From a virus (taxonomy: Duplodnaviria; Caudoviricetes), in the IMG/VR virus record IMGVR_UViG_3300034050_000199, positions 1-53,395 of that record: 53,395 bases of DNA; one strand, written 5' to 3'. This document shows positions 1 to 8,077 of the stretch, piece by piece. The stretch's first letter is position 1. Each line of letters begins with the position of its first letter. Under the pieces are notes generated by a model that saw only the letters and a list, made by a program, of their open reading frames with translations, ran no database searches and was not told where the DNA came from. A program made the position numbers and the translations under genes.

Positions 1-33
1 TCTTAAGTAATTTTGTAAATTGTAGCTTTTCAT
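1..33 (-). CDS. 5' end of a gene running off the left edge (MKSYNLQNYLR...)
   Basis: ATG at 33-31 directly after the stop of the 36..191 ORF; only 11 codons visible. Confidence 0.5.
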   Translation of the reverse strand, partial: MKSYNLQNYLR

Positions 34-35
34 AT

Positions 36-191
36 TTATTCTTTATAGTTATAGTATGTTGCAAAACTTTCGTAATCATTATTACAGCCTTCGCATAAAA
101 GATCTTCTGTAAAACCTTCTGTTATTATATAATAACATCCATTACAAAGTGTTGCACCTATTCCGTTATTAAATTTATGTATTGGCGTCAT
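36..191 (-). CDS. 51-aa small protein with two CxxC pairs (possible Zn ribbon)
   Basis: Manual translation MTPIHKFNNGIGATLCNGC...LLCEGCNN...; start overlaps the stop of 188..412; below ORF-track cutoff. Confidence 0.65.
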   Translation of the reverse strand: MTPIHKFNNGIGATLCNGCYYIITEGFTEDLLCEGCNNDYESFATYYNYKE

Positions 192-412
192 AATCCTTTT
201 TCCTTTTTAAACATTTTTAATAGTTCTTTATAATCTAAATATTTTAATTTTGAATGATTACAATTTTTAATTATCCACTCCGTAAATTCTGTCATATAAT
301 TATAAATCCATTCATCAAATTCTAAATAGTAATCTTCATAAGGTCCAGAAAATGCAGGTCTTTCTTTTATACATTCTTTTACATATTCATTATATTGTTC
401 TGTTAACGTCAT
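188..412 (-). CDS. hypothetical early protein
   Basis: 74-aa ORF in tightly packed minus-strand operon; C-terminal ELLKMFKKEKGL module. Confidence 0.7.
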   Translation of the reverse strand: MTLTEQYNEYVKECIKERPAFSGPYEDYYLEFDEWIYNYMTEFTEWIIKNCNHSKLKYLDYKELLKMFKKEKGL

Positions 413-518
413 AATTGTTTATTTAATAGTTGTTGTTAGGATAATAATCTCTACCAAATGTATTTTTTAATTGAATACAAATTAATTGTAATGCAATTTT
501 TAAAGATTTTACCATGCT

Positions 519-794
519 TTATTTTTTTTTAAATTGTTCAAATATTTCTTTTGAATTTAATCCAGCTAATTTACCATTAAAAAAATTATCAATAGTATAT
601 TTAATTGAATCAATAACTTCTTCCTCACTATACTTATTATTGTCTTGTTCTTGTTGCCATTTAGTACCAAATTCAATAGCGTTTTCAATTAATTCTCTAT
701 TATTTATATGCAAATTAGCACAAGGAATATCATATACTTCATTATGTATGTCAGCATAATTTGATTTAGCTTCTTCAAGTGTTTCTTGTTTCAT
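519..794 (-). CDS. hypothetical early protein (MKQETLEEA...KWQQEQ...YSEEEV type)
   Basis: 91-aa ORF with ATGA overlap to the upstream gene; shares YSEE module with 3099..3341. Confidence 0.75.
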   Translation of the reverse strand: MKQETLEEAKSNYADIHNEVYDIPCANLHINNRELIENAIEFGTKWQQEQDNNKYSEEEVIDSIKYTIDNFFNGKLAGLNSKEIFEQFKKK

Positions 795-1411
795 AATTGT
801 TTATTTAATAATTCTTTTTCTTTTTTAAGTTCATTACTCATATTGCGATGTATTGTTCTTGTTGAACATTTAAAATGCTCTGCAATATTCTTTATTGTTA
901 TCTTCTGCGATATATCATGCATGTAAAGCATTGCTTCATATATATCAGATTCAGTTACTTTTTTACTTTTACCAATTATATGTCCTACAATTGATAGTTT
1001 TTCAGAAGTTGTTAAACCTGTATTGTCTTTAAATATAATCTTACGTAATTTGTTTGGCGGTGGTTTTTCTAAATCAACCATGCTAACATCATATAATATA
1101 TTTTCTAAAGCATGCTCTGATATATTAAAAGTAACAAATCCATTAGATCTTGTACATACATATCTTGCAAGCGTTTCAAACTGGTCCTGACTCATTGAAT
1201 GATTAAGATACCATAATACATACAAATGCCATTTCAATGATTTATATGTGTTGATTTGAGCCCGTGAGTTAAATAATGTATAGCATTCGCGAGTTCCATT
1301 TTCAAAGTAATAACCCCAATCATACTCTGCTGAACACTTATCATTAACAGGATCTTGTCTATATAATATTCTTCGTTTATTTAAGTATTCTATATTTCTT
1401 TCATCATGCAT
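791..1411 (-). CDS. DNA-binding protein with C-terminal HTH; candidate replication initiator or regulator
   Basis: C-terminal ITIKNIAEHFKCSTRTIHRNM is a typical HTH; inverted-repeat site immediately upstream. Confidence 0.7.
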   Translation of the reverse strand: MHDERNIEYLNKRRILYRQDPVNDKCSAEYDWGYYFENGTRECYTLFNSRAQINTYKSLKWHLYVLWYLNHSMSQDQFETLARYVCTRSNGFVTFNISEHALENILYDVSMVDLEKPPPNKLRKIIFKDNTGLTTSEKLSIVGHIIGKSKKVTESDIYEAMLYMHDISQKITIKNIAEHFKCSTRTIHRNMSNELKKEKELLNKQL

Positions 1412-1423
1412 TATATTAAATTT

Positions 1424-1479
1424 AAAAGTGTGACATTAGCCTGCTACTATAACTAATTAACAACCTATCGTCGCATTTT
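1424..1479. repeat. inverted-repeat site copy 1 (AAAAGTGTGACATTAG-N25-CTATCGTCGCATTTT)
   Basis: Imperfect palindrome around an AT-rich spacer; same arms at 9142 and 10768. Confidence 0.85.
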
Positions 1480-1484
1480 AATTA

Positions 1485-1751
1485 TCATTTTAATTTATCT
1501 AATATTACTTTAAGTTGTTGTATTTTTGTTTTTGTAAGCTCTGCTTTTTCATAAGCCTCTGTTGTTATATACTCTGATAATAATAGTTGTAAACCAACCA
1601 TTTGTTGTAATACCATATCGTATGTTAAATTCTGTTGATGAACTTGATCATAAGCATAATCATATTCTATTTGTTTACGCAATATCTTTTCAACAACTGT
1701 ATCAGCTATTTTATTAATATCTTCTTGTGTTAGTCTTACGTTTAGTCTCAT
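1485..1751 (-). CDS. hypothetical protein with C-terminal UVR (UvrB/C)-like coiled-coil motif
   Basis: LLLSEYITTEAYEKAELTKTKIQQL resembles the UVR E-x-Y/F-E-x-A pattern. Confidence 0.55.
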   Translation of the reverse strand: MRLNVRLTQEDINKIADTVVEKILRKQIEYDYAYDQVHQQNLTYDMVLQQMVGLQLLLSEYITTEAYEKAELTKTKIQQLKVILDKLK

Positions 1752-1756
1752 ATATA

Positions 1757-1969
1757 TTATCGTTTATTGTTCGTATTTGTTTTGTATTCAATTATAAATC
1801 CTATAGCAACAATTATATTCATTCCAAATGAAGCTATTATCTCGTGTATGTCTTCATATATATTTACAGTTAAATGTACATGACCTACTACCCAGAATGG
1901 TATAGACAAGTTACTGGCTATCCATGTAATAGTAAATTTTAAAAAGTTAATAAGGTTTCGTGTTAACAT
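1757..1969 (-). CDS. small membrane protein (about 2 TM segments)
   Basis: Two hydrophobic stretches in a 70-aa ORF. Confidence 0.7.
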   Translation of the reverse strand: MLTRNLINFLKFTITWIASNLSIPFWVVGHVHLTVNIYEDIHEIIASFGMNIIVAIGFIIEYKTNTNNKR

Positions 1970-2141
1970 TTTCTTTTAATTCGTTTGCTAATTCAATTAT
2001 ATGCTGATCAATTGTTATTGGCATCCAGCCGTTAGCTACTAGCATGCCCTTAAATGCATCGAAAAATTGCTCTAGATCTACATCAGAATTAAGGAACTCT
2101 GTTGTAACTATTTCTGTGTGGGTTTCTAATTTTAATTTCAT
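1947..2141 (-). CDS. hypothetical protein
   Basis: 64-aa ORF overlapping both neighbours. Confidence 0.7.
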   Translation of the reverse strand: MKLKLETHTEIVTTEFLNSDVDLEQFFDAFKGMLVANGWMPITIDQHIIELANELKENVNTKPY

Positions 2142-2389
2142 ATCTCTTTCATTAATTTTTTAATATCCCCTATTGTATATATCCCTTGGTGTGAATTATC
2201 TAACGCATATACTTTTGTTTCATCCGGTAATTTACTTGCAAAATCATTAAGCCATCTTGAATTTTTTAATGATCTAAAAAATATATCATTAAAAAAGTTT
2301 TTGCTTATATATGGTTGTAATTCACCTTCTTCATCTAGTAAGATTGCATCATCTACTGGATATACTGGTATTCCAAATGTTGTACTCAT
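2138..2389 (-). CDS. hypothetical protein
   Basis: 83-aa ORF with A-rich leader. Confidence 0.7.
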   Translation of the reverse strand: MSTTFGIPVYPVDDAILLDEEGELQPYISKNFFNDIFFRSLKNSRWLNDFASKLPDETKVYALDNSHQGIYTIGDIKKLMKEI

Positions 2390-2395
2390 AATTTA

Positions 2396-2566
2396 TTAAT
2401 CTAAAAATATTTTTAAAGTTTTTCCACTATCTTGTATTGATATTTGAATACTATTAAAGTCACCAAGATCTTGGTACAATGTTAATAATCTACCCATTGT
2501 AAGGTTGTTATTTGCATGGTTAATTACTTCTATTCTGTTTATTTTTGTTTCATCTATTTCTTTCAT
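2396..2566 (-). CDS. 56-aa hypothetical protein (MKEIDETKINRIEVINH...QDSGKTLKIFLD)
   Basis: Manual translation; exactly fills the gap between neighbours. Confidence 0.7.
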   Translation of the reverse strand: MKEIDETKINRIEVINHANNNLTMGRLLTLYQDLGDFNSIQISIQDSGKTLKIFLD

Positions 2567-2568
2567 AT

Positions 2569-2808
2569 TTATTCTTCTAATTTAATTAATACTAAATCTT
2601 CTATTTCATTTAATTGTAAGTTTATAAGTATCTCTATAATGTTTATTTTAGAATCACTTACAAATATTTCATTTGCTTCAAAATATGGTCCATCACCAGG
2701 ATAGCCTAAAAAATCTGCATCATATTGTACAGGAGGAGTTGGTTCATAATAATCACCTATTACAATAATTTCAACACCCATATAATCTATTGTTACTTCT
2801 TTTTCCAT
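2569..2808 (-). CDS. acidic hypothetical protein
   Basis: 79-aa ORF in operon. Confidence 0.7.
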   Translation of the reverse strand: MEKEVTIDYMGVEIIVIGDYYEPTPPVQYDADFLGYPGDGPYFEANEIFVSDSKINIIEILINLQLNEIEDLVLIKLEE

Positions 2809-2907
2809 ATCTTATTTATTTTTAAATTTTTGTATAATTTTTATAATTAATTTCGCTAATAATTCTACAATTAACCATACTAAATCAAATATATTTAATA
2901 ACATATC

Positions 2908-3102
2908 TTATTTTTTAAATGTTTCGTTGTAGTATTGTTCTTTACTTAATGGATTTCTAAAGTAAGCAGTATTATAACCTTGTTGGTAAGCATCAACAAT
3001 CTGTTGCTTTTCCATTTCTTTGGCTTTTTCAAATGTTTCATCTGTTATACGCTCATTTGAATACCATTTTTCTTTTAACCATTCAACTGCTGTGTTTTTC
3101 AT
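2908..3102 (-). CDS. hypothetical protein (TAVEWL...AKEMEKQQ type)
   Basis: Paralogous to 3099..3341. Confidence 0.75.
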   Translation of the reverse strand: MKNTAVEWLKEKWYSNERITDETFEKAKEMEKQQIVDAYQQGYNTAYFRNPLSKEQYYNETFKK

Positions 3103-3341
3103 ATCTTATTTGTTTTTAAATTGTTCAAAAATTCATTAAATGGTATGCCGTTATCAAATCCTGCGGGTTTATTAAAATCTAAACAAGCATCCCAACATTT
3201 TTTCATATCTTCCTCACTATAACCTTGTTGTTGCTTTTCCATTTCTTTAGCTTGTTCAATTTCATCTTTAAATACTAAATTAAAATTATCATTAAGATTA
3301 TTTAATAATTTAACTAAAAATTCTACTGGTGTTTGTTTCAT
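3099..3341 (-). CDS. hypothetical protein (TPVEFL...AKEMEKQQ...YSEEDM type)
   Basis: Shares protein and DNA segments with 2908..3102 and a module with 519..794. Confidence 0.75.
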   Translation of the reverse strand: MKQTPVEFLVKLLNNLNDNFNLVFKDEIEQAKEMEKQQQGYSEEDMKKCWDACLDFNKPAGFDNGIPFNEFLNNLKTNKI

Positions 3342-3342
3342 A

Positions 3343-3783
3343 TTATTTATCTTTTAAGTGAGCTTTACCAATTTCGTAATATTTTTTATAACCTTCAACT
3401 GCATCTGCCATTTTGTATTCGTCTGGCATACATTGTGGTGGATCGCAAAAGTCTTCAGCATGTATAGCATGTGGTACTTTAGATAATACTTCACGACACT
3501 TTGCAATAGTTAAGTGATGCTTTTTATAACGACGTGTGTATTCAGAACCTAATGCTAACATATATTCATAACACCATAAGTAATTAGCTCGTGATGATCG
3601 TACCCATACTGCTGATGGGTGATTCATGTGTGTCTTTTTATATGGTACATCATCTGGATTGCCGGATAGATGATGCGCTGTACAAAGTAATTGTGCTGCT
3701 TCTAATACCATTTTAACAACATGCTTATTATAGTGTTGTTCTGCTGCTTTAACAGGATCTCTGTCTAAATAAAATATATTCAT
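3343..3783 (-). CDS. pyrimidine-dimer DNA glycosylase / endonuclease V-like family protein
   Basis: MNIFYLD.DP..AA..H..KHVVKM.LE.AQLL.TAH, H.NHP...W and PPQCMPDEYK motifs typical of this phage family. Confidence 0.75.
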   Translation of the reverse strand: MNIFYLDRDPVKAAEQHYNKHVVKMVLEAAQLLCTAHHLSGNPDDVPYKKTHMNHPSAVWVRSSRANYLWCYEYMLALGSEYTRRYKKHHLTIAKCREVLSKVPHAIHAEDFCDPPQCMPDEYKMADAVEGYKKYYEIGKAHLKDK

Positions 3784-3796
3784 AGTTAATTTTTTT

Positions 3797-3840
3797 TAGT
3801 TACATTATTATTATCAATTAGTATTCGTGTTTGTTTTGTA
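3797..3840 (-). promoter_or_regulatory. early promoter-like motif copy
   Basis: Minus strand TACA-N6-AYACGA-N8-TGATAATA-N4-TGTAAC upstream of the 3783 start. Confidence 0.8.
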
Positions 3841-3851
3841 TGTTATTAATT

Positions 3852-3923
3852 TGGAACTAAAAGGGGAATCGAACCCCAAAACCCGTCGGTCGCTTAACGC
3901 TATTTAAAGCCCTCGCTTAGTTC
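3852..3923 (-). ncRNA. tRNA-like element (degenerate; no clear anticodon arm)
   Basis: 7-bp stem GAACTAA/TTAGTTC, T-arm GGGG-TTCGATT-CCCC, 3' end ...TTCCA; D and anticodon arms non-canonical. Confidence 0.5.
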
Positions 3924-4160
3924 TTTTGTTAGTGTGCAAACCGGTTATTTTCTTTATATGCACGCTTCAGTTGCAACCTTGGATCCGTTCCGGTCTATCT
4001 TTACGCAACCCCAGTAACTAACGTTTTAACAGTTCTTATTTAACGAACTCACTGCTACCTGAGTCGATTCAGCATTACGTGCTGTTTCCCACGATAACAC
4101 CGAGACTTATATATGCTCCAATTATTTTAACGGACTCGAACCGTTCATAATGCACCGTGT
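3924..4160 (-). ncRNA. candidate structured non-coding RNA
   Basis: GC-elevated stretch with no ORF-track ORF; T-arm AACGG-TTCGAGT-CCGTT (4129-4145) and several further hairpins. Confidence 0.45.
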
Positions 4161-4166
4161 ATATTA

Positions 4167-4619
4167 TTATTTATTTACTACATAATTATAATTTATTGCA
4201 ATAGCTTTTGCTGCTTCTTTATTATATGTTGCTTGTTGTGTAAACGTACCAGACTTTTGAGGCATTGGCAAGTGTATAGCAACCGCATTTGCATTATCAT
4301 AGATTGCTAATTGTTCATTAACAATACCTGAATAACATGCTTCATATAGATCGTTAATTTTTACAGATATATCTAAGTATACTCTATTGTTTTCAATCCA
4401 TGCTCCAAGATAATAATCACTACTATTTGCTAAAAATTCTATGTTCTTAAGAATATAATCTTTTATTACTTGTTCGCTAAGATCATCTGGAAATAGTGTT
4501 GTTTCATAACCTGGTAATGATACCATGTAACCATCAGTAGGATTATAATCACCTGTTGTAATATTGTATGATACACCACCGTTATCATTAATTTCTTTTA
4601 ATAAGTTTCTTAAGTTCAT
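4167..4619 (-). CDS. hypothetical protein
   Basis: 150-aa ORF; GG.SY...GYMVS...LGAW...VYLDIS...Q.AIYD pattern. Confidence 0.8.
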   Translation of the reverse strand: MNLRNLLKEINDNGGVSYNITTGDYNPTDGYMVSLPGYETTLFPDDLSEQVIKDYILKNIEFLANSSDYYLGAWIENNRVYLDISVKINDLYEACYSGIVNEQLAIYDNANAVAIHLPMPQKSGTFTQQATYNKEAAKAIAINYNYVVNK

Positions 4620-4633
4620 AGTATATATATTTA

Positions 4634-4996
4634 TTAGTTACCTGCTTCTACTCTTTCAAATGCTCGCTCTAAAGCATTTTCTAATTCATCTACATTTATA
4701 TCAATGTTTGATAGCTCAACTCTATTGTCGTAGCTTATTTGAAATTCCGCTGAATCTTGATCAACATATTCACCATAACGATTGTCATCTAGTTCATGTC
4801 TGAATGCTTGTAATACATCTAGTTTGAATGCTGTTAATTCAGGAGCTTCCGCTGGTTTTTCTTCTTCAATTAAAAGTAATACTTCCTGCTTTAATGATTG
4901 TAAAATATTAATTACATCTTCAGTAGAAAATATACTTGACGGCGATGTTAATATAAATTGTTTTTTTAATTCAAATGTTTTGTTTACTGATTCCAT
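4634..4996 (-). CDS. acidic hypothetical protein
   Basis: 120-aa ORF with A-rich leader. Confidence 0.75.
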   Translation of the reverse strand: MESVNKTFELKKQFILTSPSSIFSTEDVINILQSLKQEVLLLIEEEKPAEAPELTAFKLDVLQAFRHELDDNRYGEYVDQDSAEFQISYDNRVELSNIDINVDELENALERAFERVEAGN

Positions 4997-5017
4997 AATT
5001 TTATTTTTAGTTTGTTA

Positions 5018-5221
5018 TTAAATATCTTTTTCTACTAATTCAGCTATGTAATTCCATAACTCTAAATCTCTCTTTGCTCCTCTAATCATAAGGTCTAGTT
5101 GCTCATCTTCTAATATAGATAGATGATATTTTTTATCATTTTCTATATCTCTTATTTTTACCGTAATATTACTTATTTTAGAAAATGCTTTGTCTCTTAG
5201 TTTGTCTTGTAGTGCTGTCAT
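5018..5221 (-). CDS. hypothetical protein
   Basis: 67-aa ORF directly downstream of the promoter motif at 5223-5260. Confidence 0.7.
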   Translation of the reverse strand: MTALQDKLRDKAFSKISNITVKIRDIENDKKYHLSILEDEQLDLMIRGAKRDLELWNYIAELVEKDI

Positions 5222-5222
5222 A

Positions 5223-5260
5223 TATTATTATTATCAATTATTGTCCGTGTTTAGTTTGTA
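5223..5260 (-). promoter_or_regulatory. early promoter-like motif copy
   Basis: Plus strand TATTATCA-N8-CCGTGT-N6-TGTA. Confidence 0.75.
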
Positions 5261-5400
5261 TGTAACATTATATTTTTATAAACTCTAGCGTATGCTTCTG
5301 CCATTTTTTCGTTGTTAGCATAATGTACATTTTGTACTTTATCTCGTAGCCATAAGTGAAATTTGTCACACTCAAGCATTGCTTTGTCTCTGTTACTCAT
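5251..5400 (-). CDS. 49-aa hypothetical protein (MSNRDKAMLECDKFHLWL...)
   Basis: Manual translation; fills operon gap. Confidence 0.55.
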   Translation of the reverse strand: MSNRDKAMLECDKFHLWLRDKVQNVHYANNEKMAEAYARVYKNIMLHTN

Positions 5401-5402
5401 AG

Positions 5403-5615
5403 TTAATCGTTTTTTTCTATAAATTCAATGTGTTTACTTACGTGAAATCCTATTGTATTGTCTTGTTCAGTTATATAATAACCGTTGTTTTCTGATTCTA
5501 ATTCGAAAAAAATGCCGCCGTTTTCAAATTTTAATACTTTACCGTATGTTTCTAATGTAGGGTCAATATAATATGACTTACCTACAATTGCATCATAACT
5601 TTTTACTACATTCAT
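5403..5615 (-). CDS. hypothetical protein (likely start MNVVKSY)
   Basis: Track ORF 5403..5669 trimmed to the ATG just after the upstream stop. Confidence 0.65.
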   Translation of the reverse strand: MNVVKSYDAIVGKSYYIDPTLETYGKVLKFENGGIFFELESENNGYYITEQDNTIGFHVSKHIEFIEKND

Positions 5616-5616
5616 A

Positions 5617-5838
5617 TTATACTGTTTTAAAATTAATATTGTTATGATTCCATAACCCCTTGAATGCAAAGCCTTTACCTTTAGTGAAGCTAGCTTTTTG
5701 TTTAGTGGCTACTTTATTGTATTCGCTTTGATTGAAAGGCTTACAGTAACCGTGTATAGCAACCATTGTTTTATGGTGCTGCAAACATTTTTGCTTACGT
5801 TTGTTTGATCGATATTCGATAAGTTCTTGCATTGTCAT
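5617..5838 (-). CDS. basic hypothetical protein
   Basis: 73-aa ORF in operon. Confidence 0.65.
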   Translation of the reverse strand: MTMQELIEYRSNKRKQKCLQHHKTMVAIHGYCKPFNQSEYNKVATKQKASFTKGKGFAFKGLWNHNNINFKTV

Positions 5839-5841
5839 AGA

Positions 5842-6018
5842 CTATTCTTTTATATAAGTTAAACCTTTGTGATTAAAAAATGATGTGATGCCTTCAGTTT
5901 CATTATCAGCATCGTATATAAATGCAAATGATGGTGGTAAGTTTCCAACAGTATAACCTTTGTATGGTACTTTGTTTAGTAATAATCTGTTACCAGATAA
6001 AAATTTAATTGTATTCAT
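5842..6018 (-). CDS. 58-aa hypothetical protein (MNTIKFLSGN...GLTYIKE)
   Basis: Manual translation; first gene after the promoter motif at 6033-6076. Confidence 0.7.
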   Translation of the reverse strand: MNTIKFLSGNRLLLNKVPYKGYTVGNLPPSFAFIYDADNETEGITSFFNHKGLTYIKE

Positions 6019-6032
6019 AGTATATTATTTAT

Positions 6033-6076
6033 TAGTTACATTTATATTATCAATTGTTATTCGTGTTTGTTTTGTA
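6033..6076 (-). promoter_or_regulatory. early promoter-like motif copy
   Basis: Full consensus with exact spacing. Confidence 0.8.
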
Positions 6077-6340
6077 TTAGTATGGAATTACCTTTAATGA
6101 ATTGGGAGTTAAATTTAATTTTTCTTCAATTTCTTTTAATGTCATCTCAACTTTATAACCATTATGGTAAATGTTAGACCAATATTCGTGGCCACGTTTT
6201 GTGCGGTGGAATGCAATAGATTCAGAAAGTGTTGCATTTTCATATACTCTATTTAGAGCCCATTCTAAGCCATCGGTATCAATCATATCTGATACAAATT
6301 CTCTAAAGTCTGTTTTGTTTAATTCGTTAATTCTAGTCAT
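6077..6340 (-). CDS. hypothetical protein
   Basis: 87-aa ORF; F..T..GH.YW and EMTLKEIEEKL modules. Confidence 0.7.
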   Translation of the reverse strand: MTRINELNKTDFREFVSDMIDTDGLEWALNRVYENATLSESIAFHRTKRGHEYWSNIYHNGYKVEMTLKEIEEKLNLTPNSLKVIPY

Positions 6341-6469
6341 AGTTATATATTTTATAAGTTATTAATTACATACGATGCATTGCGAGCACCCTCTAAAAAT
6401 TCAAATTTAATTTTAATAAATAATCTTCGTAAAAATCTTTTGTTTGTTTTCATGTTGTTTGTTTTAGTT

Positions 6470-6757
6470 TTAAAGTTCCATAGTTTTTCTTATAACATCT
6501 AAAGTGTCTCCTTTAGATTGGTAACCTAATACATCATCTGTTATAAGTGTGTCATACGTAATATTCCAATCATCATCATCTTCAGAATTAAATTTTATAA
6601 TTGCTATTTCAAATTTTTCTTGCTTATTACCGTAAGAAAATGAATGGCTTACTACAGATAAACCATAGTTATTATCAAATCTAAATACTATTTGCATTCC
6701 ATTATTAATAGAATTAAAGTCTATTATGTACTTATTATATTGTTTAATTAAATTCAT
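6470..6757 (-). CDS. hypothetical protein (F.NNYGLSVV....SYG.....FEIAI type)
   Basis: 95-aa ORF downstream of a promoter motif. Confidence 0.75.
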   Translation of the reverse strand: MNLIKQYNKYIIDFNSINNGMQIVFRFDNNYGLSVVSHSFSYGNKQEKFEIAIIKFNSEDDDDWNITYDTLITDDVLGYQSKGDTLDVIRKTMEL

Positions 6758-6768
6758 ATTGTTTGTTT

Positions 6769-6812
6769 TAGTTACATTTATATTATCAATATAGTGTCGT
6801 GTTCTGATTGTA
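6769..6812 (-). promoter_or_regulatory. early promoter-like motif copy
   Basis: Full consensus; overlaps the 3' end of 6786..7130. Confidence 0.8.
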
Positions 6813-7130
6813 TCTCACTATAAAGCCATCATGCCAAGGTAATAAACCGTGTTTTGTTTCTAAAAAAGGTTCAAACTTTTTCATTCGTAATCGTGATGTG
6901 GAACCAAGTGCGTATAGCAAACCGTTCAAACGCATTAACGTCGTTCTAGTGTGCCAACCACAAGTAGAGATAGATATTGTACCGTCTGCTTTCATCGTTG
7001 CAATAGGGTTACCCCATAGACGCATATAAGTTACGCCATCATCTAACTTTGTTACGGACATGTTATCTTTGTAATAGTCTTTACCGTTTAGGAATGCATT
7101 GATCGATTCCGTTGTTATCTTATTATACAT
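6786..7130 (-). CDS. hypothetical protein (LWGN.IA...CGW.TRTT..RLN.L type)
   Basis: 114-aa ORF. Confidence 0.75.
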   Translation of the reverse strand: MYNKITTESINAFLNGKDYYKDNMSVTKLDDGVTYMRLWGNPIATMKADGTISISTCGWHTRTTLMRLNGLLYALGSTSRLRMKKFEPFLETKHGLLPWHDGFIVRYNQNTTLY

Positions 7131-7150
7131 AATTATATTTTTATTAGTTA

Positions 7151-7249
7151 TTATTCTTCATCAAATGAACAGTGTTCTAAACAATCACCGCATAATTCAT
7201 CAAATATGTGATGTCTTGATGCACCACAACAATCGCTGTATTCTTCCAT
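7151..7249 (-). CDS. 32-aa Cys-rich protein (SDCCGA...CGDCLEHC)
   Basis: Manual translation; metal-binding pattern, A-rich leader. Confidence 0.6.
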   Translation of the reverse strand: MEEYSDCCGASRHHIFDELCGDCLEHCSFDEE

Positions 7250-7262
7250 ATTATTTATTTTA

Positions 7263-7451
7263 TTATTCATCTACTGTCATTAAAAATGTGCATACAAGAG
7301 CTATTGATAAATATAATCTAATAAGTCTCCAATCAATATTTAATTCAATGATACTCCAAGAAGCGAAACAACAAATTAAGTATAGCATAATGCAAAACAA
7401 CAGTGGTAATACTATAAAGAAAGCTAAATAGGTTTTCAAAAATCTTTTCAT
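7263..7451 (-). CDS. small membrane protein (2 TM)
   Basis: Two hydrophobic segments in 62 aa. Confidence 0.65.
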   Translation of the reverse strand: MKRFLKTYLAFFIVLPLLFCIMLYLICCFASWSIIELNIDWRLIRLYLSIALVCTFLMTVDE

Positions 7452-7603
7452 AACATACTTTTAATTAAAAAAAAATCTTTTTCGTTTGTAATAATTTTTT
7501 TCTCTGTTTTTGTTAAATATTTATAATCCTTGACTTCCTCAAAAGAATATTTTAATATACCTAAAATTTCTTTTTTATAACGTATGTAATTAATTAAATT
7601 CAT
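7448..7603 (-). CDS. 51-aa hypothetical protein
   Basis: Manual translation; ATGA overlap with the next gene. Confidence 0.55.
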   Translation of the reverse strand: MNLINYIRYKKEILGILKYSFEEVKDYKYLTKTEKKIITNEKDFFLIKSML

Positions 7604-7604
7604 A

Positions 7605-7790
7605 TTATTTATTTTTTAATTCACTTATTATTTCACCTTGTAAGTCTTCTATAATTCGCATTTTATAGTATGCTTTTCCAAATGTTTCTGGGTTTTTATC
7701 GTATGTTATTACTTCCTCACATTCTTTATACAACCAATCTAAAGCTTCTTGTATTATCACCGCTTCTCGTCTCGCTAAATTTAATTTCAT
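7605..7790 (-). CDS. hypothetical protein
   Basis: 61-aa ORF in operon. Confidence 0.65.
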   Translation of the reverse strand: MKLNLARREAVIIQEALDWLYKECEEVITYDKNPETFGKAYYKMRIIEDLQGEIISELKNK

Positions 7791-7808
7791 ATTAATTATT
7801 TATTAAGT

Positions 7809-8021
7809 TTATAAATCTTCTTCGGTATAAAGAAAGTCATCAGAGTGGAACATATAATGTATGTCATTTAAGCTAAAGCCTAGTTCAACAATCCATTGTT
7901 CAAAAGCTTCACTTTCATCTAAAGAATTATCTTTATTAATTATTGCATCAATTACTTCTTGTGGGTATGTAAATTTCCAAACTCTACCCCAATTAAAATC
8001 TAAGATTGTTATATATTTCAT
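7809..8021 (-). CDS. acidic hypothetical protein
   Basis: 70-aa ORF downstream of a promoter motif. Confidence 0.7.
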   Translation of the reverse strand: MKYITILDFNWGRVWKFTYPQEVIDAIINKDNSLDESEAFEQWIVELGFSLNDIHYMFHSDDFLYTEEDL

Positions 8022-8033
8022 ATTATTTGTATT

Positions 8034-8077
8034 TAGTTACATTATTATTATCATTTAGTAATCGTGTTGGCTTTGTA
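8034..8077 (-). promoter_or_regulatory. early promoter-like motif copy
   Basis: Full consensus with exact spacing. Confidence 0.8.

Noticed and set aside
1-33. Assigning a function (e.g. phage sigma factor) to the gene leaving the left edge
   Set aside because: Only 11 codons visible
3924-4160. tmRNA, RNase P RNA or hammerhead ribozyme
   Set aside because: Diagnostic sequences (tmRNA GGGG 5' acceptor with tag ORF, RNase P GAGGAAAGUCC, hammerhead CUGANGA...GAAA) not found by eye
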